A stretch of DNA of 64,000 bases from Botryllus schlosseri (taxonomy: Eukaryota), in the NCBI GenBank assembly GCA_051294905.1, contig CM119381.1, positions 17,732,001 to 17,796,000 of the forward strand, in the 5' to 3' direction. The position numbers were made by a program, and so were the translations under genes. A model generated the notes under the pieces. The model was not told the DNA's origin. It saw only the letters and a list, made by a program, of their open reading frames with translations, and ran no database searches. The stretch's first letter is position 1. Every line of letters begins with the position of its first letter. Shown here piece after piece: positions 23,701 through 36,178 of the stretch.

Positions 23701-26700
23701 TGACCCCGTACGCCTGCTAGATTTTTTGCATCGGAAAACGATATCAATTTGAACAAGCATCATTCGCTGACTACGTATTTCGCTCGTGATGTTGTGTGAT
23801 TGCGGGTCAAACTCGCAGCACAGATGTCATTAAATATTCACAAACGGAAGGCTGGATATTTCGTGCAGACTTTTGTTACAAAGCAAGTAAAAATTTTGAG
23901 ATTGTCAAAGTGCATGCTCGTTTAGTGTTGATTATTTATGCTGCCAGCTCCATGCATAGAGTGGCCCGCAGTTGAAATGCAACAAATCTGAACCAAAGAT
24001 GTTAAAATGAAGTGAAAACTGTAATATATGAAAAAAGTTCACAGTGCAGAACCTACCAAGGTTCTGTTGTGAACGCGAACCTCGAAATTTCCGAGGTTCA
24101 CACACAGAACGCGAACGTGAACCTCAAGTTCACACCATCCCTAGTAGTAACGCTCTTATTTAAGACCTAATCCGTTGTTCAGATGCGTCCTGCCCAACTT
24201 GAAGAAGAGCCACGTCGGCATAGCGCGTCTACGACATCCTCTCAACCTGGGTAACAAATTCGAGGAAATATCGTTCATCATCACAATATTAGCACCGAAG
24301 AGACAGGTATAGCATTGCGTAATTGAGGACGCTTTCTACAATAGGGGAATGAATGGCACTAGTTTGATTCCGTGCGTTTTTACAGTCCAGGCGTTGTCGT
24401 ATAAAGTAAATGGAGGTGTTGGTGATGAGCCCTTTTAAGCGTAGGGTGAATATCAGATTATGATATTCTGTTATCAGCATATTATCGCCACGTCTATAAC
24501 CCTGCAATAGCTGAATTGTGATGGAGAAAGTTTTGCTTACGACATATAGTTATATAGCTTAGTGATAGAGCGTCCGACTTTTCGGTACAGGTTGGCATGG
24601 GCACGCGGGTGGCTCCATCAGAGGTGGTCAACGTATACTCGGCATTGGTACTCACACTCAGGTACAAGTGGAAGTATTGCTACGATAATGCCACTCGCAA
24701 AAGTGATAGAACCCAATCCTAATACTACTTTCTACTGTACAAAAGTCAAAGCGTGAAAAGTATAGGTAGTTTTGCGTCGAAAATGTCAAGTAGAAGTGGC
24801 AGAGTCAGTAAACATATACCCTTGTGAAAGTAGTGCAAGAATATATGTAGCCAAATCATACTTGAGTACTCCGCAAAAGTGAAAGTACTCCGTTATTGAC
24901 TACATACAGCCTTCCTCCCACCTCTCTACCGTGCTTATATCATAGTTGTGTTGCCTCGCAATCGATTCGTGGACCACGGCCCCATTGTATTTATTACATC
25001 ATATGTTTGAATCATCAACTTCGTCTATATTAGTATCGCCATTTCCGCACCCACTCTATACATGGAAAATTTAAATTATTGCCGCAAATTGCTGAAATAT
25101 ATTTTGTCATTGTTGCAATTATATGTTATAAATAAAGTTCTGTACCGCAAAAAGTATCTTCAAATCACAGAAATTCACCAAAAATGCGGTCGAAGTTGGA
25201 CGCACCTTTTCCACGATGATGTGCAACATCCAGCTCCGTAAAGACCTGACAGACGCTTCCACGGAAGAGGAGTTCAAGGAGGTGTTGAGAGTTGAAAGTC
25301 AGAACTTGATGAACGAGGCAACGCAAGCGATAACCGGTGCCGCTGACGAGCTCGAAGAGGAAATTTTCGAGGAGGTAGGGAGCGTATGATATCGCGTCGT
25401 CTTCATTCAAAACTGGTAATCATTCTGTGTATGTCGCTGACAGGATTTTCCTTTTTGGCATTTCGGTCGAGGTGTTCTCGAGGACCTCAAACGACGGGTT
25501 CCGCTGTACCCGACAGATTTCCGAGACGGTAAGTGCGTTGCTATTATTTTTATTTTCTGTCGGGACTGACCGTGCGAACTTCCTAAAACTGATCGAATTT
25601 AAAAAAAAATTGTTTTCAGTTTGATTGCTGGTACCCTGATATATTTTTTCGGGTATATTTCCCCGCTCATTGCTTGCTTCTATACCTGCAATCATAAGAC
25701 CTACCGAGAACTCGGGATTACCATGCTATTTTACCAGCCATAATTATGAATTATGTGCGAACAGTTGAATATTATTAAAACGTTGGCATTCGAATACACG
25801 GGGTAACGGAAACGGTGCCAGATCGCCTGTATAATTTTAAGCATCGCTCAATCACCTCTTCACGCATTTGTGGAACGTTTGACAAACATCTCCGTATCTT
25901 TCCTTTTTTCGTAGAAATGTATCGTGGTGAAGACGAACTCGTTTCTTTGTTAGGAAAGCTTTGTGGTTAGATCCTACTAGGTTTCGATCGACACGTTTTG
26001 ACTATAACGTTGTGGTTGTCGTTAATGCGAAGTCGGGGCCTCCAGGGCATCACTATTTTTTTTAAATCTATTCTGCAGCAGTGCGCCACCAACTAGGCGT
26101 GTGTGTTTTGTAAATCTGAAAAGATACATTCAACAGACGTAGCTGCAAATTATCGCTGCTTTGTTCACGGGGATTACTTGTTCTGTGGACTAACCATGTC
26201 TGAGGTTATTGCCGCTTCCAGTTCAGTGGAGTAATAAACTGAGCTGAACTGTCGGAAATGAAGTAATCCATAATGGATTGACATTGTCAATTGAAAATAA
26301 AGGCTAAATATATCTCCTTTGACGTAATATCTCTACTATTACTGTTGAATCGACTATTTTGAGCGTTCCAACCATCCCATGCCGATATACGTCGGCTAAA
26401 TCGGGTGGTAATTGTCCGTAGGCTCATACAACATGTTTTTTGGAAAGTATTTACACAATTATGGCATAATTTTACAACTTAAAAATAATTCTAGAAGGTA
26501 GCCTATTTGTTTAAAACACTGTTTGAAACATGTTTTGAACAAAGTGTTTTAAAACACAGTTTGTTTTAAATGCAAGCCTATTTACAATGCTTTAGCTTTG
26601 CTACATATATTTATGGAAGTGTCGTGCGAATTTCGTTATTTCACCCAGTCTCTTGAAAACGTAGTAGCGTTACAGTGGCTCAAATAAACCCTGATGACGA

Positions 26701-29700
26701 TGTCCATCAAATAATGGCATCTGCCTTGATTGATGAAATTGTCATGTATTGCATAGGTGCTCACTGCTCAGTAACTCAGTAAGTAGGCCTACTTATTTCT
26801 TTTCGGATTAATCAAGCAAGTGTCGCCTACTTCCTCTAGCGACCATGCTTTTAGACTGATTTGACTTCTATACTTGAACAGTTTTTTAGGCTGAACTATA
26901 CTTACATTTTAGACTTTGTAAAAGTGTTGGGGTGTGTTTTCATCACCTTTAGGAGTGAAATAGCCATACCAAGCGGACAATATAGCACCCGTACCACGGC
27001 AATTGAATTTACTTTCGAAAATAGAAGATAATTTGTAGTTTCAGTTAGCATTTTTCGTTAATCGCGAATATGCACAGGCACACTGCTAAAAGTAAGCGGC
27101 CCATCGACTTGGTGTACTTTCTAAAACTGCTTGCTTGAGTACTTTCCACACCCTAATTTTCAACTTCCAATCGAAGTAGTTTTGACATTTCTTGGAAGTC
27201 GTTTATTCTACTTGTACGTGAGCGGAGAATTACGAAGTTACTTCTACTTCTACTTGAGTACCAGCGATGACTGCTTTGACCACGTCTGAAGTATTTTATA
27301 TGAACTAAAAGTCTTCGATTGCAACAGGATTCGTCGGAAAAGACACCATACGTAAAGTCATATCAACGATACTATTTTTGTATTTTGCCTGCATTTTACC
27401 AGCAATTGCCTTCGGAACTGTATACGACTACAACACCGACCACAAGATGAGTAAGTCCTATTTCTGGTTTCGAGTAAATATTCCCTACGTCACGTTTCAT
27501 TCCTTCAATCGCAGGTGTTATTTCATGCATAATGTCGCAGACCTTCGGAGGGCTCGTTTTTGCTCTAATCGGAGGACAGCCATTGCTGGTAGTTATGACC
27601 ACGGCGCCTGTGGCGCTTTTTGTGAAAGGTGAATATAAATTTAGCTCTTGTGAGTTAACTATATATTTAATTCGTTCGTTTTCCGGTATATTTAGGGGTC
27701 GTTTTGGTAGCTAAGGCCTGGAACGCGGACTTCTTAGCTTTCTATGCAATGGTCGGTATTTGGAATTCAATATTCTTACTTCTGCAGGGATTTCTACACG
27801 CAAGTAAATTAATGAAATATTCAACCAGGTAAGACACGAAACGATAGTTTACGTATATGGGTAGATCTACAATCGGCCTGAAAATGAAGTAACGTTAATT
27901 ACTGGCGATTTGGAGACGTTCTGAACGTGGCCGAAGTGTATGTAATATTTATCAAAAATAGCAATAACCGCAACAATGCCTCTGGTATATAGGTGCTGTC
28001 GTAACAAAACCACCAACCAGCAGCTCTATCCTGGATTGAATCATTCATTAACTACTGATATCGCACAAATTTTATGGCGTACCATCTATTGTTAGATCGA
28101 CAGAAGAAATTTTCGAATTCTTCGTAGCAATGGCGTTTATCGCTGACGTAGTGAAATCGGTTCAGTCAAGTAAGACAATGTCGCATTGAAAATTCAAACC
28201 CGCGATTCATTAGCTTATTTTTCGCAGATTTCGAGACAAATTACAACTTCATACCATTGAACACGACGAGCACAGGTAAGTTCGTACTTCAAATCATGTT
28301 TCTACTACTGGTTAAGCCCAGATTATATCCATATAGTGCATTTTCAACATATCATAAAACGCGAAGATACTGACATCTAACGACAAGTATTTCATTGCGA
28401 GATATAGTAACTTATAGCAATATCTTTAAATTAGTGACGAAAGGTTTTCTTTTTCACGTAGTAATCTTCGTGACATTAATTTGATATCGGTTCATCAATA
28501 GAAATAATTATCAATATTGCTGATTGTAATTTATAGTGATTCGAGACTAGCAAACTTTCTTTCATTAATCCTTTTTTCTCTATATCTCTGTCACAGCGAT
28601 AAACGAGACGCTTCCAGCAGAATGTTACACCAAGGACTACTGTACTCGACCAGAAAATTTTATTCTGAACGAATTCTTGATGTATGGGACTTTTGCGTTG
28701 GCACTTATGATACTGCATTTCAAAAAATCGTAAGTGCTTTGATAGCTAGCCTACTTCGAAGGCTTGTATTCGTGAGAAACACCGTCTTTTGCATGGCAGG
28801 CAATTTTTGTCTGCGATTAAGCGGGAAATTCTCGCCGACTACGCGCTACCGATCTCGGTCATTACGTTCAGTGTCATTGGCTCGTTAGCATTTCAGGACA
28901 TCAACCGTGAGTATAGATATCTAATATTTTAGTTCAATGCCACTGGAATGCCGTGTTCAAGGGGACAAGGGGACAAATCCGCCTTGCCACTTATTCAATT
29001 TGAGTATGGGTGGTGTGACGTGTAATATTCGTGACGTCACATCATGCCCGTAACCGTGATATTGTTGCAAGCGGAAATAGAAAATGTATAATACGAAAAG
29101 TAATCAAGCATGAATAGTTTTAAAAAGTATTTTTGGACAAGGGATCGCATATAACTAGCTGTTAATCGGAGGTGCCTACTTTCAAAATTTTAAGATGTAG
29201 GCTATCTTCGCGACTAATACAAAATGATTAATGGCACTGCTGCAAATAGGTACAACCTTCAAAACATGTTCATTGTTCAGTTATACTGGGGTTGTTACTA
29301 GGGATGGTGTGAACCTCGGAAATTTAGAGGTTCGCGTTCACAACAGAACCTTGGTAGGTTCTGCACTGTGAACCTTTTTCATATATTACAATTTTCACTT
29401 CATTATAACATCTTTGGTTCAAATGTATTGCATTTCAACTACGAGCCACCCTGTGTATGGCGCTGGCAGCATGGAAAATCAACACTAAACGAACCTGCAC
29501 CTTGACAATCTCAAAAAGTTTATTTGCTTTGTTACAAAAATTTGCTCGAAATATCCAGCTTGCGTTTGTGAATATTTAGTGACTCTCTGCTGTGCGCTTG
29601 ACCCGCAATCACACAGCATCACGAATGAAATACACTACATGTAGTCAGCGAATGATGATCATTCAACCAACCGATGAGATTGATATCTTTTCTGATGCAA

Positions 29701-31952
29701 AATATCTAGCAGGCGTACGGGGTTAATCTTGACCTCATATGTTTACTGTATCATTAGGACCAAACCCGTAGATTGAGGTGTTGGCTACTGCTGTATAACT
29801 TGTGGGGCAGTATCAGTATGGAGGATAAAAACCCGTTTTACACTCCGCTCAATATCGATATAGAAATGCTCAGACGCCGAATACATTGTCCGGTCTGGCC
29901 TAGACCGTTGAGGTCGTAAGCTTGTATTCCCTGGCAAGTCCTCGTCGAAATTGCTGGCAAAGCGACGAAAAATATTGATTTTATGGGATTATTATATGAT
30001 TGATTTGATTGCCTCAGTTGATACATTTGGCGACGTTTAAAACGCCAATATGTACGTCAGCATTGTGGCATTATGAGGCCTGAGTCGTCGCTAGGTATCG
30101 TGTAAATTAATATAGGCTATGACTTCATTGAAAGATAGTGTTGGAATTAGCAATATGACGTCACGTGACGTCATGAGGTTCACGTTCGCGTTCACACAGA
30201 ACCTTTCAAAAAGGTTCGCGTTCACACGAACCTGAACCTTTCCGAGGTTCACACCATCCTTAGTTGTTACACGTGATTCTTACCACAATTTATCTCGTAA
30301 AAGAAAAATACATCATACTTTTCAAATTCAAAAGTCTAAAAACCAAGTAATTTTGTCTGAAAAACTGTTCAAGTAGAAGTAGTCTAAAGCATTTCCACTT
30401 GAGTTGGTAGTTAAAGTAGACTAACTTCGAAAATATAGGCGTACTTCGTTACTGACCACCTATGCTTTTTTCCTAGTAGCCATAGCCAATCCGCCTCTGC
30501 CTGTGCGATTACATAATCGTCCGTTGCCATTTTAGTCGCTCCATTCAATTTTGAACCGTCGCAGTTGAAACTGGAAATCGCGCCGTTCTCAAAACTCGAA
30601 GTTGGCCATGTCTTCTTGGCAGCCGGCCTCGGACTCAGCCTCAGTTTCTTGTTTTTTGTCGAACAGAACATCGCCGCTGTTCTTGTGAACAACCCTGCCA
30701 ACAAGTATGACCTTCGACTCGTCGATCGCATTAATCTGTTATGCTGGATGCGTGTGTTTTATTCGCAGGCTTGAGAAAGGACCGGCGTACCACTGGGATT
30801 TAATTGTTATCAGTCTAATAAATGCGGTACTGTCGGTGTTTAACCTTCCTTGGGTTCACGGAGCGCTACCTCATTCACAACTGCACGTGAGAGTACTCGC
30901 GGACGTAGAACAACACGTCACTCCGCTCGGAACAGTTCATGATGAGTAGGTTACTCGGTTCTACGTGTATGTGTAGGCTTTTCAATCGAGATGATCGTAG
31001 CCTACGGTAAAGGTTGAACCCTAGGATGTTTTAATCTTTTGATGCAGTAAAATAGCGTACCGGTTTAGTTGCGATGACCCAAAGCAAATCATGCGAAACT
31101 TGTAGCCCAATCTGCTTGTAAAACCACTCCATGGTAAGGGTAGTATTGCAAACAAGAGCCGTTTTAAAACGCATGTGTTCTGAACAGTTTTTAAATAATT
31201 CCATGAAAAAATAACATGTTTGATTTAAATTGATTCAGTGGTGATCAAAGTAGTCAACGCTATAGTACTCAGGCTGAAGTAATGTCGTAACAAAGCAGAT
31301 TGATACTATTTTCCTTGTAGGTTTGTACACGTTCGAGAAACAAGAATAACTGGGATCGTGTCAAATATTCTTATCGGACTTTCAATCCTAATCATGGGCG
31401 TCCTTAAACTTATTCCCGTGTCTGTCCTCCAGGTAAAGTTGCAACACCGAATTGCGAATGTAGTTACAGCGATTTAATTGACTACTTATGTAACAGGGAG
31501 TATTTCTTTATCTCGCCGTAACTGCCTTCAATGACAACCAAATGTTCGATCGGATGCTTTTATTTTTCACCGAAGAGGTATGGAATCCATCGAGTAGGCC
31601 TCTATTCAATGAAAAATCATATCCTAACGGGAAACCTTTTTTTCTTCAAAAGAGCTCCTACCCGCCAAACCATTATGTGCGAAAAGTTCCTCAGAAAAAA
31701 TTGCATTTGCTCACATTTTGTCAAATCATTCAACTTGCGGTTGTGGGATTGTTCGGGCTGTCGCCCTGGTACGAAATGAAGATGGTCTTTCCCGTTATGA
31801 TTCTACTTCTGCTGCCAATACGGTAAATGCATATGTTGCAATTCGTCACTATTGACATCATCGTTAGAATGGGTTACCTATATTATTCAAGGCACAAGAT
31901 ATTGACTTTGTTCATCAAATCGAAGTACCTGCACATATTGGATTCACACTGA
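20765..31952 (+). CDS. SLC4A11: SLC4A11-like (BTR1/NaBC1) solute carrier family 4 transporter; 20 exons resolved, 5' end incomplete
   Basis: Exons, all GT-AG and phase-consistent: 20765-20817, 20878-20977, 21758-21880, 21950-22040, 24183-24306, 25171-25374, 25444-25528, 27328-27450, 27515-27628, 27696-27828, 28096-28169, 28228-28275, 28597-28729, 28800-28906, 30536-30704, 30769-30945, 31321-31432, 31497-31577, 31653-31822, 31892-31952 (TGA). Peptides [92 protein letters not shown] and [14 protein letters not shown] match remembered human SLC4A11 motifs. Confidence 0.94.
23176..24143 (+). mobile_element. hAT (Ac-type) MITE in an SLC4A11 intron, copy 1
   Basis: TIR TAGGGATGGTGTGAAC / GTTCACACCATCCCTA; perfect TSD GTAGTAAC; many GTGAAC/GAACC subterminal repeats. 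Confidence 0.9.
24619..24905. mobile_element. AT-rich CAGAGGTGGTC-family MITE fragment (intronic)
   Basis: Begins CAGAGGTGGTCAACGTATACTC and is AGTAG-rich. Related fragments lie at about 27100-27288, 30280-30470, 47740-47880 and 58480-58580. Confidence 0.55.
29299..30262 (-). mobile_element. hAT (Ac-type) MITE in an SLC4A11 intron, copy 2, inverted relative to copy 1
   Basis: TIR TAGGGATGGTGTGAAC / GTTCACACCATCCTTA; perfect TSD GTTGTTAC. The interior is the reverse complement of 23176-24143 throughout. Confidence 0.9.
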
Positions 31953-33639
31953 TGCTGCCTGCGCCAGGTTCAGGGTTCAACCGCCTCACCTCAACTTCGC
32001 ATAACAAGTTTATCCAACCTCGTCAACGCCGCAAAAATTTCTCTCCGCTTTCTTATGGAAAATCCGTATTTTTCTGAATAAATTACCCATCTGTATTTCA
32101 AGCTTCTCGTTTTGTACAGAAACAAACCAGGTATTGAAGATTGTAGATTAGACTTGAAAGGTGTTGTTGAATGTTGACTATCTGGTTAGTGGTACTTTTT
32201 CACATTTATTATTCACCGATATTAATATGATTGCGATGCAGATTATCATATTCGTGTAAGACATAGGCTGGGTCCTTGACCCCGCATTATCGACCAAAAC
32301 ATTTTCGAGCTGCTCTTCATGTTGGCATAGGCAATTAGGCATGCATAATTCTTTTAATCGATCATATAGCAATTAACAAACAAAGTGCCGCACCTCAGCG
32401 ATAACATGCTCATCGGGAAAGCGGAACAATACAGCTACAAGAAAATCGACGTATATCGATTATCCACTGACCAGATCATATCCGACCGGCTCACGGATGG
32501 CCCTGTTTGGGTCACGACTCTTACTTCAAAAACCTCTGTCGTACGGTTTCAGATCATTCCAGGATAATTTACCAAGACGATTAATCCCTACCGCACATTC
32601 TAATTAAACTGCCTCACCCCTTCACCGTTGGCACGGCGATGCTTGCCAAACTGTCTACCCGGGGCCTACGATAACAAAGTTACTAGCTATCGCAAGCCCC
32701 GAGCTATCTTTCTTACCCTGTCACCGGCAGATGTCGGAGCTAGCTCATTACAAATCACTCACCAACAAAAATGTTCGTTCAGGTATCAACAATGCATAAG
32801 AGCAAGACAATATTCTCGCGTACATCAAGAGTAAAAGGTCTTTCATAGTTTGAAAAATGCCACGAGTGCTTTAGAGAATCCGACGTCGCGATAATTAAAC
32901 CCGTAAAGAAGTGCGAGTGTCAGAATGCTGATGACGAACCAGATGTTGCGCACTGCGGCGGTGATGCTGTCGGGAAAGAACAGCGGACAATAATCCGCTA
33001 TTACCGAATTTAGGCCCCTGTAGGATAAAGAAAGCTTGTTAATTAAGGAACGATTCGTTCAGGAGTGGGGCCCTTGCACACTCTTTCTGTTTTGTTTTTT
33101 TGCTAGTTTTCTGGGGGTCCACATAATATTGCACAAGGGCCATGATATAATTTGATTTCGAAGAGAGAAAATCAGAGATGGTCCAAGTAGTCAGCGTTGC
33201 TACTATATTAAAAGTAGAAGTAATGTCGTAATCCCCTAGTGCAGGGGTTCTCAACTTCTCTTGTATAACGGGCCGCATTTTAGCAGCGGAAGACGCTGCG
33301 GGCCGCAGAAAAATATTTACATGTATTTGTGGGCTACTGTTAAATTTAGGCTAATGTAGCATATTTACCAGTCGTATACGAACATGTAGTACGTTTTTAT
33401 GCATTCTAAAGCATTAATGGACAGCATTCGTAAGTTTGCAGTTGCTGCTTGTTGTGAGACTATGTGTATGTATCTTCTTGCGGCGCAACTAAATCCCTTC
33501 GTGGAGCGTGCATTGCATGCGTTACCAAGTCGGTATATTCAACTTCAAACCCTTCCACTAGAGAACCGAACTCTCTGTTTCAATGCGTGAGAGAGCAAGT
33601 ATAAAATTACGGTAACTTATTCGTTACGGAGGCAATTAT

Positions 33640-34110
33640 CACATTGAGCTCTGAGTGATATGAGAAGAGGTCTGGTGATCGGGACCATTTCTGAGCAAAC
33701 CAAATAACCCTTTTTCCCCTTCCCAGCCTGCGGCCCTGCAGCAATAATTACAGAAGTCAGCTTTGTCAAGTTGATATTTTTGCTGGTCCCCTCCCCACGT
33801 TTGCCCAGCCTGCATTTCCTCTGCATATATGTCCACTCTGATAAAATTCAACCAGATAATTAGTAATGCAATATCGGTGGATTCGTCCGAGGCTGGGTTA
33901 AAGTAGTCTACGCGGCTAACGTGTTTCAGTACATGCGATTGAATTAGACGACTGTATCTTCGTAATTTGTCGGGTAGTGTTGTTTCGGAAACAGCAAATA
34001 TTCGGACAGAATGTTGAGGTTTTATTGAAATAACAACTTCTATAGCAGATTTCTTGGATTTAGCGATATTCCAGTCAATTTAGAACGATGCGTCTGTAAC
34101 GGCGTCGGCA
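33640..34110 (-). pseudogene. Decayed Buster/Charlie-type (GTF2IRD2/ZBED5-like) transposase fragment
   Basis: Minus-strand frames give WNIAKSKK, DYFNPASDESTDI (about 33874-33888; first catalytic D motif) and NLTKLTSVIIAAGPQAGKGKKG (resembles KLVSVTTDGAPAM.G..KG), with stops and frameshifts. Confidence 0.7.
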
Positions 34111-34265
34111 ATCTCAACAACCGTTCGCAGTGAGTCTAACACTCTTTAAAAGTGTAGGCCTACTACGTAGCGGAATTCTCTTGAACTAGAGTCCAGTCGA
34201 ATACCGATTCAAAACAATAACAATCTGTAGTCAAGCCTATATCAATATACGAGAACACATTAAAG

Positions 34266-34580
34266 CAGTGGTTCTCAAAATATTTTAGACACGCCCCCGT
34301 TTTTATAGGGAAAATTTAGTGCCCCCTTATCGTCATATAACAAAATGCAACCAGAATGCTAGCAATACAAACGGCCATTTCGATGGCATGGAAGGTTATG
34401 GCTGTTGATAAGAAAATTCTCAAATATGAAATTCTGACTATACACCTAGAAATAACTAGGAACCGGAGATAAATTGCGCGCAGCGCAAAATTATTTCCAG
34501 TTGACCTCAGCTTCGCCCCCCCCCCCTTCAGATGCTTTCAGGCCCCCAAGGGGGCGCGTCCTCCAGTTTGAGAACCACTG
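34266..34580. mobile_element. hAT MITE family C nested in the Buster element
   Basis: TIR CAGTGGTTCTCAAAA / GTTTGAGAACCACTG; the interior matches 7991-8297. Confidence 0.8.
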
Positions 34581-35848
34581 CTTTCAAGAATGAGGAATCA
34601 AACGAAAGAGAGACGGTGCGATAAAAGAGCTAAGTATCTAAATTAATTTGAAAAAAATACCGTGTCAGTAATAATTGTGTTTATAATGAAAGATGTCGCG
34701 GGCCGCAAAATGAACGTCTGCGGGCCGCATGCGGCCCGCGGGTTGAGAACCCCTGCCCAAGTGCATTACAAGTAGCAATTTCTGATAAATGTCAAAACTA
34801 GTTAATTTACAGTGATACAGGAGCTATGTTGCCTTGCTGTTATGAAAATTCCACTCATAAATTTGATGCAAAGCCTATACTAAACTACTTTCTACTTCTA
34901 AAAATACAAAATTGTAAAAAGGAAGTATTTTCATCTAAAACTGGTTAGTAGAACAAGAATAAGTCAGTTGAGCAAATAGTGGAAGTAGGCAAAAGTACTT
35001 CGAAAAAGTAGAAGTACTTTAATCTTCGATACTGACCACCTCTTGGAGAAAATTATCTAGAAGTACTTTAATCTTCGATACTGACCACCTCTTGAAGAAA
35101 ATGATCTAGTTCCGCGTATAAATCATCAAATGACATGAATTTGAAAACACAAAATGCTAATTGGGGGTAGGGGCAGGGTACGAACCAAAAAATCAACTAA
35201 TCAGAGAAAGCATCAAACTCACGCATAGTTATGATGAACTAGGAGCGTGACAGTTGCGAAATCCACAATAGCATTTCCAGGGCAAATGAAGCATGCAGTC
35301 AATCCACCCAACAAACCGACGGAGGCTACTCTATATAATTTCCATTTCGACGCCGTTACATCTGAAACATGTAGAGCACATTAACTGGTTCCAGAATTCG
35401 CACGACTAACAACACAATTTACGCTGCGATTCCTTTTGATGTCGTAGGAAAAACTTATCACCAGACTGGACTCCAGTTACGGCAGGTGTTGTTGAAAATA
35501 ATCTGGAGATTATTTGGTTTTGCGTAGTGCAACCTAAAGGAAAAATACATTACTGACAAGTTGATGAACAAAACTGATGTTGACATACCCTTTTGTACTA
35601 ACCGCGCTAGCATTTTATTATGATTAATGAATATGCAGCAACAGCTACAATGAACTAAAGCCTGTTAACACAATTTAAGGTATATCAGACCATTTCAAAA
35701 ATAATGCATCTTGATATATAACACCACTCAAATCGAAGTCATAAATATCAAGATAGCAATATTTTAACAATTCGCATGAAGGCATCACAGCACAAAATCA
35801 AATTTGATGCGCTAGCATAAGTTTACAAACAAAATCAGTCCATTGGCA

Positions 35849-36178
35849 TTATTCTGGTGGAATTCCAAGTTCTTCATCTGTCCATTTGGAAGGATCTGGA
35901 GGCGCATGGAATTCGTGAAGCATCGCATGGTTGTGATAAAGGTTATAAAATATCCAAGCCCAGGCGACTGTGGCGAGAATGTCGTGTGCTGCCTCGATTA
36001 TGGGATCCCCTTTTGGCAAACAACGATACGCAACATTGACGTTGTTGTAGCCCTCTATTTTCGGTATGAGTAAGCTGGGATCATGACGCAACTCTTCACC
36101 GAGTCTAGTCCTCGTCGTGCTCAATTTTCTCATTCTTTGTGCTGCCCAAGAAAATGGGCGCAGGAATCCGCGAAACAT
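35849..36178 (-). CDS. NDUFB2: NADH dehydrogenase 1 beta subcomplex subunit 2 (complex I AGGG subunit), intronless
   Basis: 109-aa ORF with an Arg-rich mitochondrial presequence-like N-terminus, a W-rich helix (AWAWIFYNLYH) and C-terminal PDPSKWTDEELGIPP, matching remembered human PDPSQWTDEELGIPP. Confidence 0.9.
   Translation of the reverse strand: MFRGFLRPFSWAAQRMRKLSTTRTRLGEELRHDPSLLIPKIEGYNNVNVAYRCLPKGDPIIEAAHDILATVAWAWIFYNLYHNHAMLHEFHAPPDPSKWTDEELGIPPE

Larger units (their letters stand above)
33242..34755 (-). mobile_element. Internally deleted Buster-family hAT transposon
   Basis: TIR CAGGGGTTCTCAAC / GTTGAGAACCCCTG; TSD CCCTAGTG/CCCAAGTG; contains transposase remnants on the minus strand. 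Confidence 0.85.
33173..35045. mobile_element. CAGAGGTGGTC-family MITE split by a nested Buster element
   Basis: Left end CAGAGATGGTCCAAGTAGTCAGCG; right end TTCGATACTGACCACCTCT. The two ends match the family ends seen at 50396-50894. Confidence 0.55.

Noticed and set aside
25165-25695. Minus-strand ORFs over SLC4A11 exons, and similar shadow ORFs over ATP6V0D1, ZDHHC3, OMA1 and TRMT10
   Set aside because: They are antisense or alternative-frame shadows of well-conserved coding exons.
26500-26575. Imperfect AT-rich palindrome as a structured RNA
   Set aside because: Low-complexity TTTAAAACA units typical of a small decayed MITE; similar sequence occurs near 31150; no conserved RNA motif.
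35849-36178. Initial impression of COX6A
   Set aside because: The C-terminal PDPSKWTDEELGIPP and the W-rich helix match NDUFB2, not COX6A.
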